Counted from the first letter of the whole stretch, positions 42,275-56,400 are shown. The stretch: DNA of 61,706 nucleotides, filler included, from Sluysia triapertura (GCA_046118255.1; 5 parts of 5 records of this genome joined end to end with filler, not necessarily neighbours in it); one strand, 5' to 3'. Notes: a model not told the origin generated them from the letters alone. Made by a program: numbers and translations.

Positions 42275-43041
42275 ATGGATAAAGAATTGCAGGATATATA
42301 TAATGAATACATTAAATGGGACAAAGTGAGAATATTTTGATTAAATTTTAGCTTCCTTAGAATCCAGAAACAAGAAAAGAAATTGAGTCTATTAAATCAA
42401 ATGATGAATTACGAAAACTTTTAATAAAGCGACTTGTTTTTGGTACTGCTGGTATTCGAGGTGAAATGGGTTCTGGATATAATCGAATGAACGATTTAGT
42501 GATAATCCAAATCACCCAAGGTTTATTAGAAACTTGTAAACGTACAGGTAGTTCTAAAGGTGTTGTTATAGGCTATGATGCTAGAAGAAATAGTGAAAAG
42601 TATTTTAATGTTTATTGATATTTACATATTTTACGAATAGATGGGCAAAAATTGTAGCAAATATTTTTCATCGCGGTGGTAGAAAAGTTTATCTTTTTTC
42701 TGAAACAGTTCCTACTCCTTTTGTTGCTTTTTCTATTCGACACTTTAAAACTTTGTGTGGAATAATGATAACTGCATCCCATAATCCTAAGAATGACAAT
42801 GGATATAAAGTTTAGTTTGACTTAAATGTATTACTTTGATGTTTCAGGTGTATTGGGAAAACGGTAGTCAAATAATACCACCTCGTGATTCAGAGATAGC
42901 TAAAGATATTAAAAATAATTGTGAGCCTAGGGATAGTTCTTGGGATTATAAAAATGTGCAAAGTGAGGTTTTAGATCCATTAGAAGAAGTTGAAAAAATT
43001 TATTACGAAATGCAATATAAATTGCTCCATTGTCCGGATGT
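42275..43041 (+). CDS. PGM2: Phosphoglucomutase-2/phosphopentomutase, 5' exons 1-4 (42275-42325, 42361-42599, 42641-42809, 42848 to about 43041)
   Basis: The spliced frame is open: MDKELQ..KWDK|[59 protein letters not shown]|[14 protein letters not shown] introns of 35, 41 and 38 nt. 3' exons not found. Confidence 0.93.
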
Positions 43042-43059
43042 GTTAGTTATTTATTTACC

Positions 43060-43088
43060 TTAGGTCATTTTGTAAATAAATATTATTA

Positions 43089-43155
<67 letters not shown>

Positions 43156-43173
43156 TTAGGTCATTTTGTAAAT
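43060..43173. repeat. (TAT)n(TATT)n microsatellite flanked by an 18-bp direct repeat
   Basis: TTAGGTCATTTTGTAAAT at 43060-43077 and 43156-43173. Confidence 0.9.
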
Positions 43174-43569
43174 CAAAAAAAAGTTTTCATTGTAAGAAAG
43201 TGTCACTTTCTTGTTGGTACTCAAATAAAATAATTCTTTTTCTTACGTAAAAATATATTGAGTTCATGGTATTATTGAAGAAACTATAAGTTGAGTATGG
43301 ATGATAGTAAATCCATTTTAACAGAAGCTTCTGGGTGAAACTTATTATATGGCCTAATAAATTATTAACACTACATTTGATGAAAATTCTCTAATTAAAC
43401 AGAACTCACTTGAAAATATCACGCATTATATTAAAATTTCACAAAACACTGATAATTCAGTGTACGTGCATTATGAAATAATGCATATTAAATCATAAAA
43501 TCCGAGGATGCGGATTAAGGAAAAGGAAATATTCTGATCTGTAACCCAGAAAGTCTCATGTTTACTTTA

Positions 43570-43665
43570 CTAAATTTCGCATTGTCCTAAAACTTTTAAA
43601 AACAACTGCAAGAACCTAACAACATTCACGAATCACCTAAGAAACAAGCACAGTGTTTGTCCACA
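43570..43665 (+). mobile_element. BED zinc-finger remnant (hAT transposase N-terminus)
   Basis: SHCPKTFKNNCKNLTTFTNHLRNKHS. Confidence 0.5.
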
Positions 43666-43924
43666 ATAATTTTTGATAAGCTCCTGTGTGACCTCGTATT
43701 TAACAAGGCATATACTTTAAATGAGTGTGTATTGAAACACATCACTTTAAAATAAACTATTTTCAGTAATGTGAAAGCTTTCTTTCAAGCATTTATAACT
43801 GATTTATAACACTTGATACACATTGGTAAAATTTGACCATATTTTGGACAATTAATTCAGGTAATCACTGGTTATTACTCGTAAATAATATTTTTGAATA
43901 TTATTTTATTGTACCTTTATTTCT

Positions 43925-43970
43925 ATGATAGGCAATCCGTGACTTGCGAGCCACATGTCTTGTCTCTATA
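43925..43970 (+). mobile_element. hAT-Charlie-like terminal remnant
   Basis: GGCAATCCGTGACTTGCGAGCCACATGT resembles Charlie-type subterminal sequence. Confidence 0.4.
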
Positions 43971-45270
43971 GTATAGAGTCTATATTTTTACCTCTGATTT
44001 AGAAGTCATTAGTTATGAAATTAGAAAGCAAAAATTATATTAATACTTTCTTTTTGCTTTCTTATATAAACTATTTATATACATATTATGTATTATTTTA
44101 TTGATATTTAAATATTTTGTAACTTGTATTACTATGTAATAAAAAAATTTAATGTGATATTCTGTATTAGTCTATGTTGTCCACTCCTTTCTGCACCAAG
44201 ACTCGAACACTGAAATGCTTTCAGATTTCTTTATAATAAGTGACTTAATTTTTCTAATTCACTTATTCGTATACAGTTTGAATCGTTTAATTATCGTTTA
44301 ATTATTTACACAAAATAGATATACATATTATAGATCATTTACGATATCAACGGAATCATAAATCGAAGTTTTTAATGAACTTAACATTAATGTGAGAATA
44401 GCACTGTATAATTAATTTTATTAGGAGAAAGTTTGCCCTTGTAACTGTTAAACCGAAGAATCATATCCTTGTTTACCGCAAGAAGATCTCAGTATTATCT
44501 TTCAACAATTTTGGGACCTAATTTACCAAAGTAAACTATCTAGAATTAAGAACATACTGAGCAAATAAAATAAGATAAGAAGTTTTTCGAAGATACCTGA
44601 TTATAAAATGTTTATTGGAGTAGGTACACGTGACCAAATATAAAGTGAAGAACATATTTTTAATCATTTTAATTACTGCTCTGTACGGTCATTTATCCAC
44701 CTTCTTTCTAGGCATTCTCATTTTAAAGGAAAATAACAGTTATAATTTTTTATTTCTGTGATTATTGATCTGGACGAGAATAATGTGTCTTAATGCTTGT
44801 ATTTCATACATTTTATAAGCTTTTGGTTATCTTTGTTTAATCATCGGCAGAAGAAATTTCAATAAAACCTTCATAAATTTGGTGTTAACGTATATTTAGA
44901 GTGGTGTAGATATATTTCTGAAATTCGAACTATTTAATCTAGAACAAAATATGTGGTGATGTTACAAAATCTAAGAAATTTACGACCACTATTAAAAAAG
45001 AGTTTTCGCAATTCAAAAACGCAAAAGCTACAAGATTATTTTCTTATTTTATTTAGTGATTGTAATAGGCTTAATCTTTTCGGACTTAGTATTTGCTTGT
45101 ATTTTGTATTTGCATCTTGATAAATTATACTATTATTACTTAGATTCATTTAATTTTTTATTTTATCTGCTTGTTTATTAAAAGCAAAATGTATTTCAAC
45201 GTATTTAATTCCGCAGTTCTTATTTCGTTAATTACACTTTATATAAATAGTTGTTATTGGCTTGACTTAA

Positions 45271-45479
45271 CCCCTATCACTCCAATCGCTTTAATACTGC
45301 CAAGCTAAAGCCAGCGTTCTACTTTCTTGTACTCCTTTCTTGTGTTTAGTCAACATTCTTACTAATAAAAAACTACCTCATAAAATATACGCAGCGTCTT
45401 TTTTAATCACTTCAAACTTAACAGAATTTGTTTGGAGTTGGTTACCAATCACTCTGTAAAATTCTTGGAATGACAAGGG
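45271..45479. mobile_element. 209-bp piggyBac-type MITE
   Basis: TTAA|CCCCTATCACTCCAA ... TTGGAATGACAAGGG|TTAA; TIRs match 12/15; TTAA TSD. Confidence 0.8.
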
Positions 45480-46231
45480 TTAATTCATTTCATAGATATT
45501 TGTGTTTATTTTTGAGATATTTTCTTGTAGATTCAAAATATAAACTACTTAGTTTATATGAAAAATCATAGAATTTCTATGAAATTTCAGATAATATCCC
45601 TAATTTACATTCATTTTTATAAATATTTTAATATGATGTTAAAAGCTTATCAATAAAAGCTTATTGATTATTCAAATACGAAATGTATTTTTCTAGATTT
45701 AAATTATGATGAATAATTTTACTAGGTATTTTATTTGGGTTCACTTTTAATCAGTGTTTCATATCCTATTTGGAAGAAGCCGACATAGGATTTAGTAGAA
45801 TGCAAATTAAGTTTAATATAGAGGGTCTCTAATTTCTTTCAAAAAGATATTAGCGAGCTGTAACTGATGTTTTATTTTTCCATGTAATCAGTTACCTTTT
45901 CAACAATCGTAAATTTTTGTACAAACGTTATTCTTAAAGTAACTATTAGTATGAGAGGTATTTTTTCTTTATTAATACTTCAAAACTAAGTTTCTCTTTA
46001 ATATCAATAAATTCACTCCAAACAAATTATTAAATAATTAAATGTATTATTACAGTGCTGGGTTTTTATAAATACTTTTGCAAAAATATTTTTATCTGAA
46101 GAGGAGTTCACCTAACAGATACGACTTATATCTGGCCGAAAGCGATCTATTAGGGTTCTAATGTACTAAATGAATTTACTAATCGAAGCGTTACACTACG
46201 CTTAACAAAAAACATAAATTAAACAAATTGA

Positions 46232-46556
46232 ACTATCCAGATTATGGTCTAGTTTCTAAATCAATTAAGCTAGCCGGTTATGGTCTAGTGTAAACGTTAA
46301 TATATTTTGGAGATATTAAACTTTAAACTAGCCTTATTAAGGTCTAGTAAATCTATCAATAATTTAGTTAAATTTATAAAACAAAGTAAAACTACAAAAG
46401 TATATTATGTAAATGGTCAGTAAAATATACAAACGTTAACGCAAAATAAAAGTATAATAAAGATAGTGAATTTATAAAGTCACTGAAGAAAGAGACCTTT
46501 CTTAGCAACTATGTAAAGTTTAAAAATTAGATTGAACAAGCCTATTAAGGTCTTGT
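46232..46556 (-). repeat. Array of four bulged hairpins with compensatory changes
   Basis: Copies at 46232-46253, 46269-46289, 46327-46348 and 46536-46556. Confidence 0.8.
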
Positions 46557-47488
46557 ATATGATTATATGATTTTAAGTTTATTTTTTATACTTATTTACA
46601 TGGTAAGGATATAAAAACTTAATATAAAACAAATTACTTGATTTCATATAAATTGTTAAAATTATTCCAATGCTATAATTAACTTTCTCAAAAGAATTTT
46701 TTTGTGTGTAATTAAATTAAGTCCATAACTATTTATAGTCCAATCAGTCACTTTTGTAATACGTGTTTATTTTTTATTCTTTTACTTTATTTAAACAAAT
46801 GAAATATTTTATAATTTTATTTTGAAATAGATTTATCATTTAATTTTTTATGTTATATTTTAAGTTAGAAATTATTTTATAAATTCTTTTTTTGCATAAA
46901 ATTAAAATAGATTATAAAATTTAAATTATTCTGTATTTTATAAATTTTGAATTCTAATTTTGTAAAATTAAATATAATATTTATAAAATTAAATATACAA
47001 ATAAAAAATAATGAAAAGGTGAAAATTATTTACTCCTTAATTGTTCATGATAAAAATAAATATCGTTCTTACAACAGGAATACAATACAATGAAAGAGAC
47101 TCGCGCATAACAATTTAATTCGATTAATTAGGGTGAGTTGTAATGATAGCGGATCACCGAGTTTACACGTTACCACCAATTTCGATTATAAATTAATCAA
47201 TAATGTCAAAATATCGTTATTGGCACATCGATAGGACTGCTATATATTCTTGGTTGAATTGAAATATTTTCAGAAATTAAACTAATCTACGTGAATATTT
47301 ACTCCTTTATCTTTTTTGTGTGTGTTCTATTTGTGTTGCTCTTTTATAAAATTATTCTGATACATTAATATACAGAGTTTATTATACCATAAAATTTACA
47401 CAGTAGAACATAAAATTTATTACATTGTATAGAAATTATATTCCCGTAATTTCAAGTTACTATTTATATATTAATATATTTTAGTATA

Positions 47489-47864
47489 CAATTTATTATA
47501 GATGCGACATTACATACAATGTTATCATTTCATGTAATTTTACTGCATATTCTTTAATTTAGTCATTTATTTATTCAGGCGATAATTTATTTCAATAATT
47601 TTAATAAATTAATAGTAGTATAACAATAATTTAATTCATAGTATAATTCATTTGGTAGTATAAACAACAATAATAATAGTGGTATAATTTAATATATATT
47701 AATGTTTTAATATGCAATTTATTATACGTATGATATTACATACAAAATTATTATTTCACACACATTCTTTAATTTAGCTTTATAATTTATCAGACACTTA
47801 TTAATTCAGACGATAATTTATTCCAAGCATTTTATTCATATAATAGTATTATAACAATAATTTA
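47489..47864. repeat. Diverged direct repeat pair of about 150 bp
   Basis: 47489-47635 versus 47715-47864 (CAATTTATTATA...ATTCAG.CGATAATTTATT...TATAACAATAATTTAA). Confidence 0.75.
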
Positions 47865-49322
47865 AATCAATCTCAAACATAATTCAAACATATAATTTAA
47901 TTACGCTGATGAATTTATGAATTATATAGGCTCAAGTTTAAATTTAATAATCGTTCTTTGAAAAACTTAGCTTAATTTTGGATACTCTCTCGTGTGAATA
48001 AATTTAAATATAGTAATGTACTTGCAAAGAATGTAAACAATTAAACTCTTCGATGCGAACTTTATCAATATGTATTCTCAATTTTCAACAATAATTTAAA
48101 CTTATACAAAATGAAGAATTTTAAAGTCCCTTAATGATTATCTTATCTTAACAACTCTTTATTTTCTTGCTTTGTAAATAATCTTTATGTTTAATTTATA
48201 TTAAAGCGTGACCTGGAATAGAAACGCAGATAAACTTATCTTTGATTTGAAGTGAATTTTAATCTATTCAACAAATACAATTGAATTCTTTTGTTACTAA
48301 AATTTTCTTTTATTATATGCAAGTTTAATTTATATTCTCCTTTTTAACTCTACCATCAAAAGAAAACAAAAAAAATAACTAAATTAAATTCAATAAAATT
48401 TTATTTATTACAAGATTTTGTATTGGTAAATATGTATGTATTTTTTTATAATAAAAACAATCAAATGACAGTATTGCTATTTTAACAAAATTAACCACAA
48501 AAAGTTTTATTTACAAAAAATTTATGATTACGTAAAATTTAAATATAATATTAGTAATTAACACGATTAATTTATTATTTTAGTGCAATTATCCAAATAA
48601 CAATAAGGATTACTCGCAAATATTAAAGTAATTGCCATATATATATCCTTCAATTCTTGTAACAAGCCATATATATCCTCCTACTCTTTCTTTAAAAATT
48701 TGTAAGTCTCAATTTTAATTAAATCTTGTTCTTCTGCTCCTTGTGCGTATTGTAATATTTTTATGCAGTATTTATATCGGAAATTCCATTAATATAAATT
48801 CTATTAATTGCTAGTTATATAAATTCAACATATATAAAATTAATAATATTTTATAATTTACCTACGTCAAATATTTACACTATTAAATTTTGTAAATTCA
48901 TTTAACTTGTCTATCGTTATAATGTCAATGATTTAATTTTTACATAAGCACTATAATATTAATACACTAAACTTAATAAATAATAACAATCACTGTTTAC
49001 ACTATTAAATATTTACACTATCAATATTTACACTATTAAATTTTTTATTCATTCGTAATTTAAATGTANNNNNNNNNNNNNNNNNNNNNNNNNNNNNNNN
49101 NNNNNNNNNNNNNNNNNNNNNNNNNNNNNNNNNNNNNNNNNNNNNNNNNNNNNNNNNNNNNNNNNNNNNNNNNNNNNNNNNNNNNNNNNNNNNNNNNNTA
49201 AAGTGCCAATTTTCACTATACAATATTACCTGACCATATTAAAGGTTACTGTAATAAATCTATAATATATTATCGCATTTCGATTATAACTAAACATGCA
49301 AAATATCTGCATTCATAAATTA

Positions 49323-49422
49323 NNNNNNNNNNNNNNNNNNNNNNNNNNNNNNNNNNNNNNNNNNNNTTAATTAATTAANNNNNNNNNNNNNNNNNNNNNN
49401 NNNNNNNNNNNNNNNNNNNNNN
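49323..49422. other. Artificial contig-joining linker (a separate plain 130-N gap lies at 49069-49198)
   Basis: 44N-TTAATTAATTAA-44N. Confidence 0.97.
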
Positions 49423-50261
49423 CTTGTTATACAAATACTATCACTTTTAAATAATAATCTTAGTTTCATAAAAGGAGACAACAAGTCTATGAGTTGTTTA
49501 CCTCACTTTGAAATCGTATTAATTCGTTCTGTAAAAACAGTTACTTGTTATTGTACCTTTAACATTGAAAAGGAAGAACACGAACATACTCTAAACTTTA
49601 TTAAATCTATCGAAAATAATGGCGTTGATGACAACGCACCAACTTATCAAACAGCCCTCACTACAGGGTCGTGCATGAAAAAAGTTTAAGAAGCCCTGAT
49701 GTAGAGGATTTTTTCTGGATTATGAAAAATTTATACCAACAAGTATTTATGGTTTTTAAGAGAATATTTCCCGAATCAACGTGCTTTTTTAAACTTATTT
49801 TATAAAACACTGTGTAATTGCACTTTTCTTTGATAATATAAGTTTCACAAATATTGAGGAATTTTTGTACTTTGAAAAATAGAAAATCATCCAGATATTA
49901 CTGCTAGAGATATCCATATTTAAACTAAACATAAAAAGGTTGATTTTAATGTTTTCTTGTTCTAAATAACAAATTTAAGTATAATTAATTTAATATATTA
50001 AATGACAACGAACTTTGTATTTCACAAATAAAATTACTTATACTGAATTATAGAATTGTTCAAGTGATGATTATTCAAAAAAACTAGATTTTCAATGGAA
50101 CTGTTATTTAGCATTTTTGTTCAACAATTAGCATGTAATATTATACTGTATTTAGTTGATTGTTAAATATTGATGTCTATTTTTAGCAAAACGATATTGA
50201 ATTTTGCATAAATTTCGGTTTATGTATTTTAAACGTTTGAGTGGTAAGGAATTTTCTTAGA

Positions 50262-50307
50262 TATGTGCTAAAAGCGCGATAGCTCTTCGCCGCACTCAAA
50301 CGGTTAA
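50262..50307 (+). mobile_element. Probable piggyBac-type right terminus
   Basis: GC-rich GCGATAGCTCTTCGCCGCACTCAAACGG|TTAA; partner end not seen. Confidence 0.4.
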
Positions 50308-50435
50308 CGATACAGTAAAAAATTAAGTGTGTTTGTTTGATTTTGTATATCCCATTTTTGCTAATAATATAGTTCATTGGATTCTAACAATTCTTTATCA
50401 TAATTGTTAATAATAATTATTATTATTATATTTAG

Positions 50436-53400
50436 TTTGGAGCTTTAACACCTTTAGAACCCAGATTAGGTAAAAAACTTATAGAACCGCTCACTAATTT
50501 AATACACAGGTTTGTTTTATTCACTTATTGAATTATAAAAATTAAAATCAAAAATAAAAGATTCAAAAGACTAATTGCAAACTAATATAAATTATTATAT
50601 TGAATTTAATTACTTATATTAAATTAAATTCATAATATGAACAATTTATTAAATAGAATAGTTATTATAGAATAAATATCTAATTAATTGAAATTTACAG
50701 TATAATAAAATTGGAATTACTGAAATATATATATATTAACTGTAGAATTTATTAATACTGAAATAATTATTATGCAATTATATTTATATAAGTAAATTAA
50801 TATAAATTAACATATATAGTATTGGAATTTATTATTGCAAATAGTATATAAGGACTAACAAATTGCATTATATCACACATATTATCAAGTTTATATTGAA
50901 GAATATTAAAGACTCGTAACAATTATCAAAGATGTGTAATAATTTCATTGAAGACTTTTGTTAAGTGTTTTGAATTGAAACTTTAATTATATTTGATTTA
51001 ATTGAATAAAATAATATTTAAAAATCACTATTTACTTGTGGTACTTTTAACTTTGTCAAACATATTTTTATATAGTTTTGTGTTTAATAAAATTTGTGTC
51101 TTAAATAAGTCTTTATTTCGTTTAAACTTAGAAAATGAGAAAGTTTGAAATTTTAAATTTATAAAATAACTATATAGCACTTCCATCTCGTAGATCTGAG
51201 ACGAGTAGGGACTTCAACCTTCAGATTAATATTAAAGAATAGAATATAAGTAATAAAGTAAAATTGTAAATAAAATAAAAGTTAGAAGTAAACTAAAAGA
51301 AAAAAATCAGATTAACAAGTTATAACATTAAAATATTTATAACATTATTATAATTATAATTATTATTATTATTATAGTACTTCTGCCATGTCATTACTGT
51401 ACGAATGTATTAATACAGTTATAGCAGGTTATTTATAATAAATACTTATACAGTTTTTGTTTGTTTCTATTCAAACATCTTGTCTAATAGTTGAATTAAT
51501 AATGAAGTGTAATTTGAATTATTTTTAATTGCAGTCTTGATCTCTATATCTTCAGGAATTCCCAATCATTCTGCCTCAATACAGGTAAGTTAAACTAATA
51601 TCATTATGAATCATTTATATCTTATTGATGCATATCGAATAAACAAAATGTGCAACACAACGATATAAATGCATATTTATGATATTTTATTGCACTTATT
51701 AACGAAGATTTTTAATAAATTAATTTTACAAACACAAACAAACAATGATAACTCTGCAGAGACCGTTTGCAATTTTTAAGTTTTAATATAAAATTCACAC
51801 AATTTTATAACGTTATTAAGTCGCATTTAAGTGAAATTAGCGCTTTCTCAGTTAAAATAAAACACATTTATGTGTTAATTCATAAATAATTAAAAATCTT
51901 CGTTCTTCAATATATGGTGTGTCAATTTTTTTGAAAACATCATTTTGAATCTGTATAAATATTGAAGCAAATGAAACAAAATGTGTTCTCTCATAGAAAT
52001 TTGTTACTGTCATAAGACTTGTTTATGGATCGAAATGCAGCATATTAAAATACCATCATAATTCAGATGGTACAAAGAAAGATCGAAAAAAAATAAGTTG
52101 TATAATTATTATGGAAATTTATTATTATTAAAAATTTACATAAACGTAGATTATAATTACTTATTAGTTTTAGATGTTTCATGATAAAATTCATATTCGA
52201 CATTGAACATTGTTATAAAATTTCAAAAAAATATAAAGATTCTTTAAGCCTTAGAACAATTGAAAAGTGGTTTCAAAAATTTTGATAAGATAGACCTTCA
52301 AAACTGGAAAAGAATACATTAAAAGTATAAAAAACAAAAAATAAGAGACAAATATAAAAGGATTCGCAGAATATAAAATGGAACTTGGAGTCGCTTGTAA
52401 TTATCGTAAAGTTATACTTCATACCTTTGTGACACAAATGTTAAAGTTGATAAGGTTTTGTATAAGCAATGTGCAAATCATTTCATGTGGACTTCAGTCC
52501 ATTGGATACATATAAATCTACAATGTTTCAGATCCTAAACAGAAGTAGCTACAGAATATTCTATGGATATTTTGAATTAGTTCATTTGAATGTAATTCAT
52601 TTCATTTTTACAAATGATTTCACTATACTGACGCATCCTATATATATAGTTCCCCGCTTACAATAATCAAAATTAACAATTTATTTATTTTTTTAAAAGG
52701 AAGAGGTTTTATGTATTATTAATGGGATTTAGTTCGATAATAAAAAACCTTAAATTGATATTTTAGATTTAACTATAATTGAATGGTTGTTTCGATGATT
52801 TTGGTTTGCTTTTTAATTTTAAGCTTTTTTTGCTTTTATTTAGTTTTTGTACTTAAATTTAAACCGTAAAAAATATATTTTTTATTTTTATTTCGAATAA
52901 TACACAAATGACAATTTTGAATAAAAACATTTATTATAATTATGCATTATAATAATTATCCAATTATTATAATTATAATTATCCAATGACAAATGAACGA
53001 TTATAAATATAAAATTAAAAGACTTATAACATAAAATTCGGTACTACGCATGATTGGTGTTGATATGTAATAAGATGCTTTTTGTGCAAACATTGCCATT
53101 TTACATCCATACTATGATAATAAAATAAAAGTTGCATTAAAACCAATTATTACTGATTGGCAGCTGTGATCGACAAGTAAAGAATTTTAGTGTGTTTTTT
53201 AGGGAATAATGAACGAAAATTTAATACTTTTTGTATGTGGGTTTAAGATTTCATTAAATCCTTAACGCGCACTTTTTTTCTGCAAGTTAAGTCAGCTCAA
53301 GTTGATTGGTTAAGGGTTTAAATAAATTAAATTATACGTTAAAATTGAAATTTAGGATAACAAATAAATTTTAAAATTCTAGCCGCCTTAGGGCCATGTA

Positions 53401-56400
53401 ACACTGAAATTATACTTATAGGCATTTGACCCTATTAACAAAAGATAACAAGCAAAATTCCTAATATTAAAAATCAGTGAACAATCAACAGTAAATAGCT
53501 AACGACTAAATAATAAACGATGACTTACTGCATGCTTCACAAAAATGATGTAGAACAAGTTAATTTACTGCCACAACTACATGTTGACTTTTCATCAATT
53601 TTGGATACCATAGTTTGATAAGAATTTCGTTAAGCGTTTATTTATTTATTAAGGGCAAGATCTTAAAATAATTTTACAGTTCATAATTTGGTTGTAATTT
53701 AATAACTTCTTTAAATCCGTTTTTGCTGTTTTGAACAAAATAGTATACAAGTTTTATCGTATTTTCGAGAACTTTACCAGTTAAACACATAGAATGTTGA
53801 TGAAATTTTAAGTGGCGTTGTAACATCTAATTTCCAGCAGAAATAAAATGTTATAGTAAGCCTCAAACTTTATATTACCTAGCTTCGGCTAAATTTTATC
53901 AATCAAAATTTTTAATACTTATTACTTTCTTTTGAAATATCTTGAACATTATTGCAATTAAATAATGGAAAGGAAAAATAAATCTAACATTACAACTCTT
54001 TGAATTCTGTTTTAGATTGCCACCGCAATAACATATGTGGCCAAATACTAAATGCACGAATAGCTGAACCGAAATTGTTTATATATACATGAGATTAGCT
54101 GGATCTTTTAAACAAAACAATATTTGTAATTGGAAAACAACTCAATTGATGATAATATTGACACTGGCGATGCAAATCGAATTGCATTTGATCCGGTATG
54201 CTTACTTGACCAATTTTCATGAATCATTTTGATCAAAAAGAGGTCACGAATATTACGATCTTTCATTTTATGAATGATATTTTCGTCTAGTTTAGATTTA
54301 GTTTTAGTAATTCAGCAAGAGTATAACGATTTTTATGATTAAATAAGGATAGGTTAATAAAACAATGGATAATATTTTAATAATAAAGACAGTAAGTAAT
54401 AAAAATAACAAATATACATAATGATGAAATAAAATAATACTAGAATAATAGTAATGAAAACAATAACAATAATAGCATAATGGTAAAATAATAATATTTG
54501 AATTTTGTAAATTTTTTATGTTGATATCGAAGAGTTTGTTGCATGTTACTCATCTGAAAGAATTTGTTAATATGAGAGTGTGAAAGTAAGTGATTGTAAA
54601 AATATTGCAATTGAGTTTTGATTGTGTTGTACGAGTGAGTGTGGGAATGAACTTACCATATTGGGATTTATGCACATTTAATTGGGCCTTATTTTTCTTA
54701 TTATTTTCTTATATTTTCTATATAATTTCTCGCATGTAAATTATTTTATGACAGTTTAATTATAACCAATTATTAACTTTATTCTTTGGAGATACAGCTT
54801 TAAAACTTATTATCTCATAATATACTCATAAAATATATACAAATTCTGATTCTAAAATAAAGAGAATTGTTTTGATATTCATATTATTGTTAAATTTTAA
54901 AATTTTAGTTATTATTAGTAAGGGTACATAGGGCATAGAGGCAAACAAATCTACAAAAAATGTCAAATTGAAAGTGATAATGATACAATAATAGTGGTCA
55001 AAATTTGTATGAAAGATTTAAGCCTCACCGAACAACCTAATTCTATACTTCGATAGATATAAAGCCGTTGAACTTTGGCTATCACAATCAATACCTTGCG
55101 TCAATTACATTTAAGATATAACTTAGTGTCCAATTTTAAGAAAAATCCAATGATTTTTATTTTTTACATCTGCCTGAGTTCATTTTATTGTTTCTTATAT
55201 ACTATTTAAAGTTGTGTTATGGCTAATTAATGTGCTTGTTTCTTTCACAATAACTATTCTATTGATAATTTCTCCATCTGTATGGTCCATTTAGTTTCTT
55301 TCATTCTTTTATTTTGCAGTTATTTGTCAGTTTGTCTTTTCTAATATTCATTTCTATAAAATCATAGATTTTTTCTTACTTCAGTTGTTACCGTTTGATT
55401 TATACTTTTTGCGTTGTTATTAAAGTTTGGCAAGTTCGTATCTGTGTTTCGCGTTCCGTTTTTATTTTCAAACATTTATTTTGATTTTAGGACACTGTAA
55501 AATGTTTATATTTTTTTATTTTTATGATTTTATTTTAAGTTAATTAAGATGTTTTTAGATTTATTTTATTTTAATTTATAATTATAATTATAAATAATTT
55601 GAAGATTATAATGAAAATAAAACTAATATATCTATTAGTATGTCATTAATACTTGAAACACCGACAATACATTTATGTGAATTGTAAATGATATAGTTTA
55701 CAAGTTGGTGTTTTGGTAAATGAATAAATCATAAGTTATTCAACGTTTTTTTGTATTTGATATTTTTATTAAAGTGACTAAGCTTGTCAAATTGTAATAT
55801 AAAAATCAATAAAAATGTAATTTTCAATAAATCAAAAAAACATAAGTTGGTTTAAAATATTCTGCAGTGAACTCTACTCATACACGACACATCATATACA
55901 CAAGCAATCACAAATTAACATTTCATACACAAACAAAACACTAAACATATTATCTGATTTATACAAAAAACACGCAATCATAATGTACAGTTATCATGAA
56001 GTATAGTTATTGTTATCATAAATTCAATTGTAATAATAATTTCATATAATAATTCTTATAATAATATCACAATGCCATCAACATCATCATATAAAATATA
56101 TAATAATTACATTATAAATTTAATTCTATTATTGTTATTATGATTTCTGTTATTTTCACAATCTTTTTATTCTTTTTGTTTGCATGAATTTGTATATATT
56201 TATGTATGTGTTGTTATTATTTTTATTGCTTCTAATTTTCTTTCTGACTCTCTTTCTTCAACTTTCTGGTATTGAAATTATTGAATATATTATTCACGTA
56301 GAACGATAACACAATTTGCTACTTTTATAATTACTATAACCATTATTACTGCTGCTACATTATAAAATGTTGGAAAATAACTACAATTTCAAAATTTAAT

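Noticed and set aside
43030-43233. ORF with YYYY/LFIY repeats
   Set aside because: It is the translation of the TSD-flanked microsatellite inside a PGM2 intron.
43255-43300. VHG triplet as the next PGM2 exon
   Set aside because: No HGVG context, no suitable acceptor and an immediate stop.
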